Positions 54,656 to 64,000 of a stretch of 64,000 nt of DNA are shown here, piece after piece. This DNA comes from Actinomycetota bacterium. GTDB taxonomy: Bacteria; Actinomycetota; UBA4738; HRBIN12. A program made the position numbers and the translations under genes. Below the pieces are notes generated by a model. It had not been told where the DNA came from and made no database searches. It was given only the letters and a program-made list of their open reading frames with translations. The stretch spans positions 20,494 to 84,493 of the forward strand of contig JBOGVD010000098.1 of assembly GCA_050696355.1 (NCBI GenBank). The letters are read 5' to 3'. Position 1 is the stretch's first letter. Every line of letters begins with the position of its first letter.

Positions 54656-56884
54656 GTGGCCCTCGCCGAAGGGGCGAGGGACGCATGGGACGAAGGAAGG
54701 ACGTCGCCCGATGCTCGCGAGATCCTGGAGCTCGTCACCATCGGCGCGGCGGACGGCATCACGATCCAGGATGCCGGTGGGCGGCTCGTCTACGCGAACC
54801 TCGCGGCCGCGCGCCTGTCCGGGTACGGTTCCGTCGACGCCTTCCTCGCGGCGGCGCCGGCCGAACGCCTGGCGCACTGGCAGATCCTGACGGAGGACGG
54901 GGATCCCTTCCCGCTCGACGAGCTGCCGGGCCGCCGGGTGCTCGCGGGGACGCGGGACGCCGAAGCCGTCCTCCGCGTCCGGGACACACGGAACGATCGC
55001 GAGTTCTGGTCGCTGGTGAAGGCGACCGCGACGTTCGACGAGCAGGGGCGCGTCCGCTACGCGATCAACGTGTTCCGTGACGTCACTGGGCAGAGGGAAG
55101 CCGAGCGGGCCGCGAAACGTCAGGCGAGTCAGATGTCGCACCTCTACGCGATCACGGCCTCCCTGTCCGGGGCGACGGACGTCACGGTGATCGCCGAAGC
55201 GCTCGCCGAGCAGACCGTCACGGCCTTCGGGGCCGCGCGGGGCGCGGTCGTGCTGCGGTCGAAGGACGGCACGTCCCTCGAGACCGTGGCAGCGCGCGGC
55301 CACGACCCCACCGTGCTCGAGCGCTGGCGGCGCTTCGCCCTCGACGCGACCAGCCCGATCGGTGATTCCGTCCTCCGGAACCAACCCGTGCTGATGGTCG
55401 ACCGGGAGGACTGGCAGGCTCGCTACCCGGGACTCGCACGGGAGCAGATCCCCGAGGCGGCGGCCACGATCCCCCTCGACGTCGGGAACCGCGCGATCGG
55501 CGGTCTCACCCTCAGCTTCGACCGTCCGCGGACGTTCTCCGCGGACGACGTCGGGTTCATGCTCGGCGCGGCGCGTCAGGGTGCCCAGGCGTTGGAGCGC
55601 GCACGTTCGGACGCGGTGCGGCGGCTCGCCGAGGAACGCCTCTCGCTCCTGGCGAGGGCGGGAGGGCTCCTTGCCCAGTCGCTCGACTACCCGAAGAGCC
55701 TCGCGGCGGTCGTGGACCTGGTGGTCCCGCGGTTCGCCGACTGGGCGACCGTGGAGATCCTGGAGCCCGACGGCTCGATCCGGTCGCTCGCTGTGGCGCA
55801 CGTGGATCCGAAGAAGGTCACCCTCGCACAGGAGTTCCGCCGGCGGCGGCCACCGGACCTATCGGCCCCGTCCGGCGTCGGCCATGTGATCGCCACGGGC
55901 GAGCCGGAGCTCGTGCCCGAGATCACCGAGGAGATACTCGCGGCGAGCGGCGACCCGGAGGCGGTGGAACTCGTCCGCGACTTCCAGCTGCGGTCGGCGA
56001 TGACCGTCCCGCTGTCGGCCCGGGGGCGGACCCTCGGCGCGATGACGTACGCGTGGGCCGAGTCGGGGCACACCTACACGTCCGAGGATCTCGCGCTCGC
56101 CCAGACGCTCGCCGCCCGCGTGGCGCTGGTGATCGACAACGCGCGCCTGTACCGCGATCGCGATCACATCGCCCGGACGCTGCAGCACAGCCTGTTGCCG
56201 CCCGAGCCGCCCGAGATCGAGGGGGTGGACCTCGCAGCTCGGTACCGCCCGGCGGGGGAAGGCATCGAGGCAGGTGGGGACTTCTACGACGCGTTCGAGA
56301 TCGGCGACGGCGAGTGGACGGTCGCCCTCGGCGACGTGTGCGGCAAGGGCCCCGACGCGGCCGCCCTCATGGGGATGGTGCGGCACACGATCCGCGCGGC
56401 CGCGATCCGGGAGCGCGCTCCGGCACGCGTCCTGGCCACCGTGAACGCCGCCGTGGGCCGGCAGACCTCCGACGAGCAGTTCTGCACCGCCGTCGCCGCG
56501 CGCCTGCGGCCGCACGAGGGACAGGTCATGGCCTGGGTGTGCGTGGCGGGTCATCCGCCGCCGCTGATCCTCCGGGCCGATGGCTCGCTCGACTGGATCG
56601 GGGACTCGGGGTCGTTCCTCGGCGTGCTCGACGACGCCGAGCTCAACGACCAGGAGATCCGGCTCACGCCCGGCGACACGTTGCTCCTCTACACCGACGG
56701 GGTGACCGAGGAACGGGGAGACGACCGCCCGTTCGGCGAGGACGGCCTCATCGCGTCGCTCGAGGGGGCGGGGGGCGCCTCCGCGGCGGACATCGTCGAC
56801 CGGGTGGAACGAGCCGTGCTCGCCCACGGATCCGGCGAACCGCGGGACGACATCGCGATCCTCGCGGTCCGCGCGACCGGCTGA
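54656..56884 (+). CDS. PAS-GAF-GAF-PP2C (SpoIIE/RsbU-like) serine phosphatase sensor
   Basis: 742 aa. An N-terminal PAS-like region, two GAF-like regions, and a C-terminal PP2C domain (GGDFYDAF...LGDVCGKGPDAAALMG...LLLYTDGVTE). Confidence 0.8.
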   Translation: MALAEGARDAWDEGRTSPDAREILELVTIGAADGITIQDAGGRLVYANLAAARLSGYGSVDAFLAAAPAERLAHWQILTEDGDPFPLDELPGRRVLAGTRDAEAVLRVRDTRNDREFWSLVKATATFDEQGRVRYAINVFRDVTGQREAERAAKRQASQMSHLYAITASLSGATDVTVIAEALAEQTVTAFGAARGAVVLRSKDGTSLETVAARGHDPTVLERWRRFALDATSPIGDSVLRNQPVLMVDREDWQARYPGLAREQIPEAAATIPLDVGNRAIGGLTLSFDRPRTFSADDVGFMLGAARQGAQALERARSDAVRRLAEERLSLLARAGGLLAQSLDYPKSLAAVVDLVVPRFADWATVEILEPDGSIRSLAVAHVDPKKVTLAQEFRRRRPPDLSAPSGVGHVIATGEPELVPEITEEILAASGDPEAVELVRDFQLRSAMTVPLSARGRTLGAMTYAWAESGHTYTSEDLALAQTLAARVALVIDNARLYRDRDHIARTLQHSLLPPEPPEIEGVDLAARYRPAGEGIEAGGDFYDAFEIGDGEWTVALGDVCGKGPDAAALMGMVRHTIRAAAIRERAPARVLATVNAAVGRQTSDEQFCTAVAARLRPHEGQVMAWVCVAGHPPPLILRADGSLDWIGDSGSFLGVLDDAELNDQEIRLTPGDTLLLYTDGVTEERGDDRPFGEDGLIASLEGAGGASAADIVDRVERAVLAHGSGEPRDDIAILAVRATG

Positions 56885-56915
56885 CCCTACGGCTGCCACG
56901 CTCCGACGGCGGTCC

Positions 56916-56948
56916 GGAACGGCGTTACCTCGATCTGGACGCCGTTCC
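56916..56948. terminator. Inverted repeat (10-bp stem, 13-nt loop) between the convergent PP2C and ABC-permease genes; candidate bidirectional terminator
   Basis: ggaacggcgt-N13-acgccgttcc. Confidence 0.4.
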
Positions 56949-57055
56949 GCCGCGCCCTCGTCCGCTCCGTCCTCGGCCACCACCAGGAACTGCATGCGGC
57001 ACCTCCTCGCACGTCGTGGATCGCCCAACCTGATCCGGCGGGCGCCGTCCGGCGG

Positions 57056-57976
57056 CTACTGGACGTCGCGGACGCGAACGAACGTGAATCCGAGGACGAG
57101 GGCGATCGCCACGTAGCCGAGGATCACCCCGATCGAACGGACCGGGGTGATCGTGAAGGACTCGAACGTGGAGACCTGATACTCCGTCGTCCGCCAGCTG
57201 AGGAACGCGACGAGGTTGTCCCCGAGGAGCCATGGAGACCACAGCGGGCGGAACCCGCGGATGAGCCCCTCGATCACCGCCGTGTGCACGAACAGCACCC
57301 CGAGTGCCGCGGCGGTGTGGCGGCCGACCGCGGCGATCGCTCCGCCGATCACGGCCGAGAGCGCGGCAGCGACCGAGACCCGAAGCGACGTCGTCGTCAC
57401 GTCCGTCCACCATCCGCCGTCGACGCCGGCCGTGGAGCCGCGCAGCGTCGCGGCGACCGCCAGCCCGGCCGAGAGGAACGCCACGATCGCCACCGTCATC
57501 ACGAACACCCCGAACGCGACCACGAGGATGCGGGCGGCGAACCAACGCGAACGCCGTGGCTCCCACGTGAGGATCGTGCTGATCGTTCCCGCCTGCCATG
57601 ACGCCGCCACCACGGAGGCCCCGACGACGAGCCCCATGATGCTGGTGATGGAGGAGACGCTTTCGAGGATGGCCGGCAGGTCCACGACCGTCAGGTGCGA
57701 AGGCATGTACTGGGTCGGATCGCCGAAGTTCTCGCGACAGAACTCCTCGAGCGTCCCCTCGAACTGCACGTCCTCCCAGTCCGCGACGAGGCAGGCCGCC
57801 ACCTCCCGGTCGGCCTGCTGCCGGGCCGACGCCAGGACGGCGTTCGACGGAGGGGTCGAGTCGAACGCCGCGATCACCAGCCCAACCACGGTGCCGAGGA
57901 GCGCCCCCACCAGGAGGACCACCACCAGCCGCCGCGACCGGAAGCGGAGGAGCTCCGAGGCGAGGAGTCGCCTCAC
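57056..57976 (-). CDS. ABC-2 family transporter permease
   Basis: 306 aa. Six predicted TM helices with a large first extracytoplasmic loop. Confidence 0.75.
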   Translation of the reverse strand: MRRLLASELLRFRSRRLVVVLLVGALLGTVVGLVIAAFDSTPPSNAVLASARQQADREVAACLVADWEDVQFEGTLEEFCRENFGDPTQYMPSHLTVVDLPAILESVSSITSIMGLVVGASVVAASWQAGTISTILTWEPRRSRWFAARILVVAFGVFVMTVAIVAFLSAGLAVAATLRGSTAGVDGGWWTDVTTTSLRVSVAAALSAVIGGAIAAVGRHTAAALGVLFVHTAVIEGLIRGFRPLWSPWLLGDNLVAFLSWRTTEYQVSTFESFTITPVRSIGVILGYVAIALVLGFTFVRVRDVQ

Positions 57977-58902
57977 GCGCCCACCTCGTGATCGTCGCCG
58001 GTGAGCTCGAGGAAGGCCTGCTCGAGGTTCCCCTCGTCCGGTTGCAGGAGCGATGGGTAGAGGCCTCGGTCCGCCAGGGCCCGTGCCACCCGGGCGCCCT
58101 CCGCAGGCGGCACGGTGGCCCGGATCAGTTCCCCGTCGACGCGGGAGGCGATGCCGGCCTCGTCGAGGGCGAGCTGACCCGCCTCGAGGTCGGCGACGCG
58201 CACCACGACGCCGGCGACGCGACCCGACGCGAGCACGTCGTGCACGGAACCGGTGGCGACGAGACGGCCGCGCGCCAGGATCGCGACGCGATCGGCGATC
58301 TGCTGGACCTCCGACAGGATGTGGCTCGAGACGAAGACCGTTCGACCCTCCGCGCCGAGGCTGCGCAGCAGGCCTCGGACCTCCACGATGCCTGCCGGAT
58401 CGAGCCCGTTGGCGGGCTCGTCCAGGATCAGCAGCGAGGGATCCTTGAGCAGCGCCGCGGCGATGCCGAGGCGCTGCTTCATCCCGAGCGAGTAGGTCCG
58501 CACCATGTCCTCTGCCCGGACCGTGAGCCCGACGCGGTCGAGAGCGACGTCGACGGCGGCACGAGCGATCCCGTCGATCCTCGCGAGGATCTCTAGGTTC
58601 CGTCGGCCGGTGAACCGCGGGAACAGCGCGGGCGCCTCGACGATCGACCCAACCCCCCGGATCACCCCGGCGAGGTCACGCGGCACGTCGGTGCCGAGGA
58701 GGCGGGCCCGCCCGGCGGACGCGGCCACGAGCCCGAGGAGGCAGCGGATCGTCGTCGTCTTCCCGGCGCCGTTCGGACCGAGGAAGCCGAAGACCCCGCC
58801 TTCGGGGACCTCGAGGTCCAGGCCGTCGAGGGCGACGGTCGTGGGCCGGCGCAGGCGCCGATACTCCTTGCGGAGCCCCTCGACCTCGATCACCGCCGTC
58901 AT
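57973..58902 (-). CDS. ABC transporter ATP-binding protein
   Basis: 309 aa. Walker A GPNGAGKTTT, signature LSGGMKQRLGIAAAL, Walker B LLILDEP. 4-bp overlap with the permease. Confidence 0.9.
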   Translation of the reverse strand: MTAVIEVEGLRKEYRRLRRPTTVALDGLDLEVPEGGVFGFLGPNGAGKTTTIRCLLGLVAASAGRARLLGTDVPRDLAGVIRGVGSIVEAPALFPRFTGRRNLEILARIDGIARAAVDVALDRVGLTVRAEDMVRTYSLGMKQRLGIAAALLKDPSLLILDEPANGLDPAGIVEVRGLLRSLGAEGRTVFVSSHILSEVQQIADRVAILARGRLVATGSVHDVLASGRVAGVVVRVADLEAGQLALDEAGIASRVDGELIRATVPPAEGARVARALADRGLYPSLLQPDEGNLEQAFLELTGDDHEVGA

Positions 58903-58986
58903 CCGGCCCGACGGTACCCCGCGAACCGCCGGCGGCGCGGAGGCTCCGCCCAGTTGCTACGGTCCGGGGCGCAGACGGGAGGGCGA

Positions 58987-61076
58987 GTGGACCCGAACCA
59001 CGAGATCTTGTTCGAGCCGGTCCGGATCGGGCCGAGGACGCTCCGGAACCGCTTCTACCAGGTGCCCCACTGCTCGGGGTTCGGCACCGAGAAGCCGTGG
59101 ACCCAGGCGGCGCACCGGGCCGTGAAGGCCGAAGGGGGCTGGGCGGCCGTCTCCACCGAATACGCGCCGTTCTCGGCCGACTCGGACGACGCTCCCTTGA
59201 TCTCGGCGCGGTTCTGGGACGAGGACGACGTGCGAGCCCTGCGTCTGATGACGGAGGCGGTCCACGAGCACGGGGTCCTCGCCGGCCTGGAGCTGTATCA
59301 CGGCGGCGCCCACACCGCGAACAACGAGACGAGGCTCCCAGCCGTCGCTCCGACTCAGCTCGCGAGCGACCTCGAACCCCACGTCGTCCCCAAGGAGATG
59401 GATCTCGCCGACATCGCGAGGGTGCAACGCGGATGGGCGGAGGGCTCGGTCCGTGGCCGCGACTGCGGCTTCGACATCGTCTACGTCTACGGCGCGCACG
59501 CGTACCTGCCGATGCAGTTCCTCTCGCCCTTCTACAACAAGCGCACGGATCGCTACGGCGGGGCGCTCCACGACCGGGCGCGGTTCTGGATCGAGACGCT
59601 CCAAGCGGTCCGCGACGCGGTGGGGGCGGACTGCGCGGTGGCGTCGAGGATCGCCGTGGATGCGCTCGGACCGGCGGGCGTCCACGTGGAGGAGGCGCTC
59701 GAGTTCATCACCCTGGCGGACGACCTCGTGGACCTCTGGGACGTGAACGTCGGCTCCATCGCCGACTGGAGCAAGGACTCGGGCACGTCGCGGTACTTCG
59801 ACGAGGGCTACCAGCTCGAGTGGACCGGCGGGCTCCGGCAGGCGACCAGCAAGCCGATCGTGGGGGTGGGGCGACTCACGAGCCCGGACCGGATGGCCTC
59901 GATCGTGCGGAGCGGCGCGTGGGACCTCGTCGGCGCGGCACGTCCGTCGATCGCCGATCCGTTCCTGCCGCAGAAGGTCGCTGAGGGCCGCACGGACGAG
60001 ATCCGCGAATGCACCGGCTCGAACGTCTGCATCATGAAGGTGGCGGCTTCGGACATCTCGGCTGCATCCAGAACGCGACCGCGGGCGAGGAGCACCGCCG
60101 CGGCTGGCACCCCGAGCGGTTCTCGACGGCCTCCAACGCCGACGAGGGCGTCCTGATCGTCGGTGCCGGTCCGGCGGGGATGGAGTGCGCGGTCACGCTC
60201 GGGCGGCGTGGTTTCGAGGCCGTGCATCTGGTGGAGGCGTCGGAGGACGTCGGGGGACGGATGCGGTGGGTGCGGCGGCTCCCCGGCCTCGGCGACTGGG
60301 GGCGGATCGTCGACCACCGGAAGGTCATGCTGTCGAAGCTCCGCAACGTCGAGGTCGTGACCGGGAGGCGCCTGTCGGCCACCGAGGTTCGCGACTACGG
60401 GGCGCAGCTGGTCGTCGTGGCGACCGGGTCGAGGTGGTCCGCCGACGGCGTCCAGCCGTCGACCCACGAGCCGATCGACGGCGCGACGGCCCATGTCCAG
60501 CACGTCCTCACGCCGGAGCATGTGATGGAGGGCAGGCGACCGCCCGGCGGTCGGGTCGTCGTCTACGACGCGGAGGGGTACTTCGTCGGGCCGGGCATCG
60601 CGGAGCTCTTGGCGAACGAGGGGCTCGAGGTCCACCTCGCGACGCCGCTCGACGTGGTGTCACCGATCTCCGACCTGACGCTCGAGGGCCCGATGCTCCG
60701 GCAGCAGCTGCACCGATCGGGCGTGACCGTGCGCCGGGGCGTCACCGTCCTGGCGGTCGAACCGGGCCGGGTCTCCGGCGAGGACGAGTTCGCGGAGCCG
60801 TGGTCGATCGACGCCGACGGGATCGTGCTGGTCACCCAGCAGCTCTCGGACGACGCGCTGTACCGGGAGCTGATGGCCGAGCCCGACGCCCTGGCGGAGG
60901 CGGGCATCAGGTCCGTCTATCCGATCGGCGACTGCGTGGCGCCGCGGATGATCTCCGAGGCGATCTTCGACGGGCACCGGCTCGCTCGGGAGATCGACGC
61001 CCCGGATCCGTCCGTCCCGCTGCCCTTCGACCGGGAACGGGGCCTGCCCGACACCGACCCCCTCGCGACGAGATGA
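58987..61076 (+). pseudogene. Old-yellow-enzyme / 2,4-dienoyl-CoA reductase (TMADH-family) flavoprotein disrupted by a 1-nt deletion near 60033
   Basis: Frame 1 (from GTG 58987, SD GGGAGGG) gives the OYE TIM-barrel up to ...IRECTGSNVCI then runs out of frame. Frame 3 resumes with ...EGGGFGHLGCIQNATAGEEHRRGWHPERF and the FAD/NAD(P) domain (VLIVGAGPAGMECA...) to 61076. The Fe-S motif reads C-T-G-S-N-V-C, with the second Cys replaced by Ser. Confidence 0.7.
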
Positions 61077-61083
61077 TGGAGAG

Positions 61084-62343
61084 GTGGACGCCAAGCCTCT
61101 CGGCACGGATCTTCCCGGCGGCGTGCGGTTCATCGGCCCGGAGCCGGGCTGGGAGCCGACCTGGGCGCCGGGTGACGCGCCGACGCAGGCGGACCTCAAC
61201 GCGTGCGTCGCCTGCGGCCTGTGTCTGCCCCACTGCCCGACCTACCGGTTGACGGGTGAGGAGTCGGCGTCGCCGCGCGGCCGGATCGCGGCGATGCGGG
61301 GGGTCCACGAGGGCCGAGCGACGACGGACGAGACGTTCATGACGTTCATGGATCTCTGCCTCGTCTGCCGCGCATGCGAGGACGTGTGTCCGTCGCACGT
61401 CCCGTTCGGCCGGATGATGGAGGCCGCCCGGACCCAGGTCGAGCCGCTGCGTCCTCGTCGCGAACGGTTCCTCCGATGGCTCGGTCTCGACGTCGTGCTG
61501 CCGTCGAGGATCCTCACCCGGCTCGCGGGCGGCCTCGCTCCGCTCGCGCGCCCGCTCCTCGCTCGACGCGTTCGAGCGCTGATCCCGCGCGGCGGCGCGA
61601 CGCTCACGCGATTGCCTCGAGTCACGGAGCCGGGGGGCGTGGCGCGCGGGACGGTCGCGCTGCTGTCCGGGTGCGTGCAGGATCTCTGGTTCCGGCGCGT
61701 CAACCTCGCCACGATCCGCGTGCTGGCCCGGAACGGGTGGCGCGTGGTCGTGCCGCGCGCGCAGACGTGCTGCGGCGCCTTGGCGGCGCACAACGGACAC
61801 CTCGGCACAGCCCGGAAGCTCGCCCGCCGGAACGCGGCGGCGTTCACGGGCATCGATCACGTGATCGTGAACGCCGCGGGATGCGGCGCCCACATGGCCG
61901 GCTACGGCGACCTCGTCGATGGCGCCGGCCTCCCGGTTCGCGACGTGATGGCGTTCCTCCACGAGGAAGGCGTGCGTGTCGATCCCGGCTCGCTCCCCGA
62001 GCCGACCCGCGTCGCCTACCACGACGCCTGTCACGCCCTCCGTGCGCAGGGGATCCACCGGCAACCCCGGGAGCTCCTGGGCGCGGTCGGCGATCTCGAG
62101 GTCGTCGAGATCCCGAACGGCGACCGCTGCTGCGGCGCCGCCGGGATCTACAACGTGACCGAGCCCGAGATGTCCCGGCGGCTGATGCGGGAGAAGGCCG
62201 ACGCGGTCGCCTCGACCGGCGCCGTCGTGGTCGCCTCCGGCAACCCAGGCTGCACGATGCAGCTCCTGGCCGGTCTCGGCGAGCAGGGTGCCACCGTCGA
62301 GGTCGTCCACCCGATCGAGCTCATCGACGCGGCCGAACGCTGA
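61084..62343 (+). CDS. GlcF-like (Fe-S)-binding protein: 2x[4Fe-4S] ferredoxin domain plus two CCG (heterodisulfide-reductase-type) domains
   Basis: 419 aa. CVACGLCLPHCP and CLVCRACEDVCP ferredoxin motifs. CCG motifs (TCCGA..., RCCGAAG). Confidence 0.8.
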   Translation: MDAKPLGTDLPGGVRFIGPEPGWEPTWAPGDAPTQADLNACVACGLCLPHCPTYRLTGEESASPRGRIAAMRGVHEGRATTDETFMTFMDLCLVCRACEDVCPSHVPFGRMMEAARTQVEPLRPRRERFLRWLGLDVVLPSRILTRLAGGLAPLARPLLARRVRALIPRGGATLTRLPRVTEPGGVARGTVALLSGCVQDLWFRRVNLATIRVLARNGWRVVVPRAQTCCGALAAHNGHLGTARKLARRNAAAFTGIDHVIVNAAGCGAHMAGYGDLVDGAGLPVRDVMAFLHEEGVRVDPGSLPEPTRVAYHDACHALRAQGIHRQPRELLGAVGDLEVVEIPNGDRCCGAAGIYNVTEPEMSRRLMREKADAVASTGAVVVASGNPGCTMQLLAGLGEQGATVEVVHPIELIDAAER

Positions 62344-62354
62344 GGGCGGAGCCG

Positions 62355-62840
62355 CTACCAGCGGGTGTCGTTCGCGAGGAGCGCGGCCTCGCCGGTGCAT
62401 CCCGTCCCGGCGCCGTAGCGCGGATCCTCCCCCACGCCGAGCCGGAGGTAGAAGCAGGCGCCCGGCCTGGCCTGGACGGCGGCCGCCCACCTCGTGTCGG
62501 ACGACGACACGCTGACGACGTCGAGGCCGAACGACGCCTGGTCGGCCGGCCGGAAGGAGAGGTCGGGGACGTCCTCCGCCAGCGACGCGGGGTCGGCGTC
62601 CTCGAAGGAACCCGTGCGGCTGCGGACGACCTCGGCGGCCGCCTGCGCCCGCCGGAGCGAGTCCTGGGCGTGGCCGATCGAGTTCGCGAGCGGGCGGTTC
62701 GCGAAGATCTGGACGACGAGGAAGAGGCCGCCCACCAGCATCGTCCCCGCGACGACCCAGAACCCCCTGTTGGACCGGGGGATCGGCTCGGGCCCGAGCT
62801 CCTCGTCGTACGCGCGGATGAGGTCGTCGTCGGCGGCCAT
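62355..62840 (-). CDS. Hypothetical single-pass membrane protein
   Basis: 161 aa from the Met at 62840. A TM helix (FWVVAGTMLVGGLFLVVQIF), then a soluble domain with two Cys. The long N-extension in the ORF track is Arg/Gly-rich artefact. Confidence 0.5.
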   Translation of the reverse strand: MAADDDLIRAYDEELGPEPIPRSNRGFWVVAGTMLVGGLFLVVQIFANRPLANSIGHAQDSLRRAQAAAEVVRSRTGSFEDADPASLAEDVPDLSFRPADQASFGLDVVSVSSSDTRWAAAVQARPGACFYLRLGVGEDPRYGAGTGCTGEAALLANDTRW

Positions 62841-62881
62841 CGCGGACAGGGTACGAGACCCGTCCGTCGCGGTCCCGTCGA

Positions 62882-63943
62882 TCAGCCGGCCAGGCTTCGC
62901 GACAGCTCCGACAGACTCTCGAGGTTGTGGCCCGACAGGAACAGGTCGACCGAGGGTAGTGCCGCCGCCATCCCGCGGGCGAGCGGCTCGTACCGCGGCG
63001 ACCCCTTCAGCGGATTCACCCACACGACCTTGTGCGCCAGCCGGCCGAGCCGCGCCATCTGCGCTCGCAGCACCTCGGGGTCGCCTCGCTCCAAGCCGTC
63101 GCTGCAGAGCACGACGACCGCCCCGCGCAGCGTCGCCCGCTGGCTCCAGCCGTCCAGCAACGACTTCAGCGACTCGCCGATCCTGGTCCCGCCCTCCCAG
63201 TCGGCCACCGTCCGACCGATCTCGCGCAGCGCGCGATCCGGGTCCTTCGTGCGCAGCAGGCGCGTCACCCGCGTGAGCCGCGTCCCGAAGCAGAACACCT
63301 CCACCCGGCGGCCCGCCGCCATCGCCGCATAGCCGAACTGCACGAGCGCCCTCGCGTACGGCGACATCGACCCGCTCACGTCGAGGATCAACACGAGCGG
63401 CCGGCCTCGGACACGGCGGGCTCGCCACGCCCGCTCGAACGGCTCCCCGTGGGTCCGCAGCGACCGCCGAAGCGTGCGACGAACGTCGAACGCCGCGCCC
63501 GCCGGCGAGGATCGCGTCCGGCGCATCCGCTGCTCCGGCAGCGTGACCGCGAGCGCTCGGATCAGCCGGCCGACCTCCTCCCGCTCCTCATCGGAGAGAT
63601 CCGCGAAGGACTTCGAACGCAACACCTCGACCGCGCTGGCGACGATCCGGATCACGGTCTCGTCGCCCGGACCAGGTTCCTCTTCTCCTTCGTCGAGCCC
63701 GTGCCACGCCGCGGCCGTCCGGCCATCCTGCACCTCCGGGTCGTCGGGCCGGTCGCCCCGGTCGATCCCGGGTCGAGCGAGCGAGGGCAGATCGAGCTCG
63801 ATCGAGAGCTCCGCCGACGGCCGCAGTGAGCGATACCAGTCCTCGAAGGCCAGGTCGTAGGCGGCGACGTCCTCCTTCCGGCCGATCATCGACACGCGGC
63901 CTGCCCAGTAGAGCGATCGCCGGTCGCTCAGGCCGAGCGCCAC
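62882..63943 (-). CDS. VWA-domain CoxE-like protein (partner of MoxR/CoxD-type ATPases); start near the window edge
   Basis: 353 aa. VWA MIDAS region (VLILDVSGSM ... GGTRIGESL ... VVLCSDGLERGD) closely resembles CoxE-family proteins. Confidence 0.75.
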   Translation of the reverse strand: MALGLSDRRSLYWAGRVSMIGRKEDVAAYDLAFEDWYRSLRPSAELSIELDLPSLARPGIDRGDRPDDPEVQDGRTAAAWHGLDEGEEEPGPGDETVIRIVASAVEVLRSKSFADLSDEEREEVGRLIRALAVTLPEQRMRRTRSSPAGAAFDVRRTLRRSLRTHGEPFERAWRARRVRGRPLVLILDVSGSMSPYARALVQFGYAAMAAGRRVEVFCFGTRLTRVTRLLRTKDPDRALREIGRTVADWEGGTRIGESLKSLLDGWSQRATLRGAVVVLCSDGLERGDPEVLRAQMARLGRLAHKVVWVNPLKGSPRYEPLARGMAAALPSVDLFLSGHNLESLSELSRSLAG

Positions 63944-64000
63944 GACCGCGCGGAGGAACGTGAGGATGCGGCCGGTACCGACCGGCAGGCCTCGCCTCCG

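Noticed and set aside
57216-58004. 262-aa + strand ORF overlapping the ABC permease
   Set aside because: Antisense to a gene with clear TM-helix periodicity. Translation is Ser/Thr/Arg-rich low complexity.

Overview
High-GC (about 70 %) actinobacterial chromosomal segment with compact gene packing and frequent GTG starts. Long spurious antisense ORFs (e.g. 1182..5381 +, 8385..11384 -) are GC artefacts. From mazG to pmt the gene order is syntenic with the Mycobacterium tuberculosis Rv1002c–Rv1021 housekeeping region: mazG(partial)–PPIase–mfd ... pth–rplY–[ECF sigma/anti-sigma]–prs–glmU–[decayed regulator]–trpS–tRNA-Gln–ispE–ksgA–[0.53 kb leader]–tatD–metG–metzincin–rsmI–DUF3052-like–pmt. rpfB, which sits upstream of ksgA in mycobacteria, is absent. 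The right two-thirds is mostly accessory metabolism. It holds secreted or membrane proteases, a pirin, an MFS transporter, a PfkB kinase, and a macro/rhodanese/PNPOx trio. It also holds glcD–glcE plus an F420-type PPOX, an aminotransferase, and a PQQ sugar dehydrogenase and M15 peptidase pair of lipoproteins. A translationally coupled five-gene GlgE alpha-glucan operon (glgE–treS/mak fusion–malQ–glgB–glgX) follows. After it come an orphan tryptophan 2,3-dioxygenase divergent from a PAS-GAF-PP2C phosphatase, an ABC-2 exporter, a frameshifted TMADH/FadH-family flavoenzyme next to a GlcF-like Fe-S protein, and a CoxE-type VWA protein at the edge. No transposases, integrases, CRISPR arrays or recognisable defence genes were seen. 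The most unusual points are four disrupted genes, a tRNA-Gln overlapping ispE with a duplicated 3' end, a long structured non-coding leader in front of ksgA–ispE, and a small coupled CsbD-like/RAM-domain gene pair. The four disrupted genes are a multiply frameshifted ATPase/TPR-regulator remnant, an ECF sigma factor with a frameshifted 3' end, a GNAT with an in-frame amber codon, and an OYE/FadH-like gene with a 1-nt deletion. All calls rest on reading the translations and DNA directly; no database searches were run.
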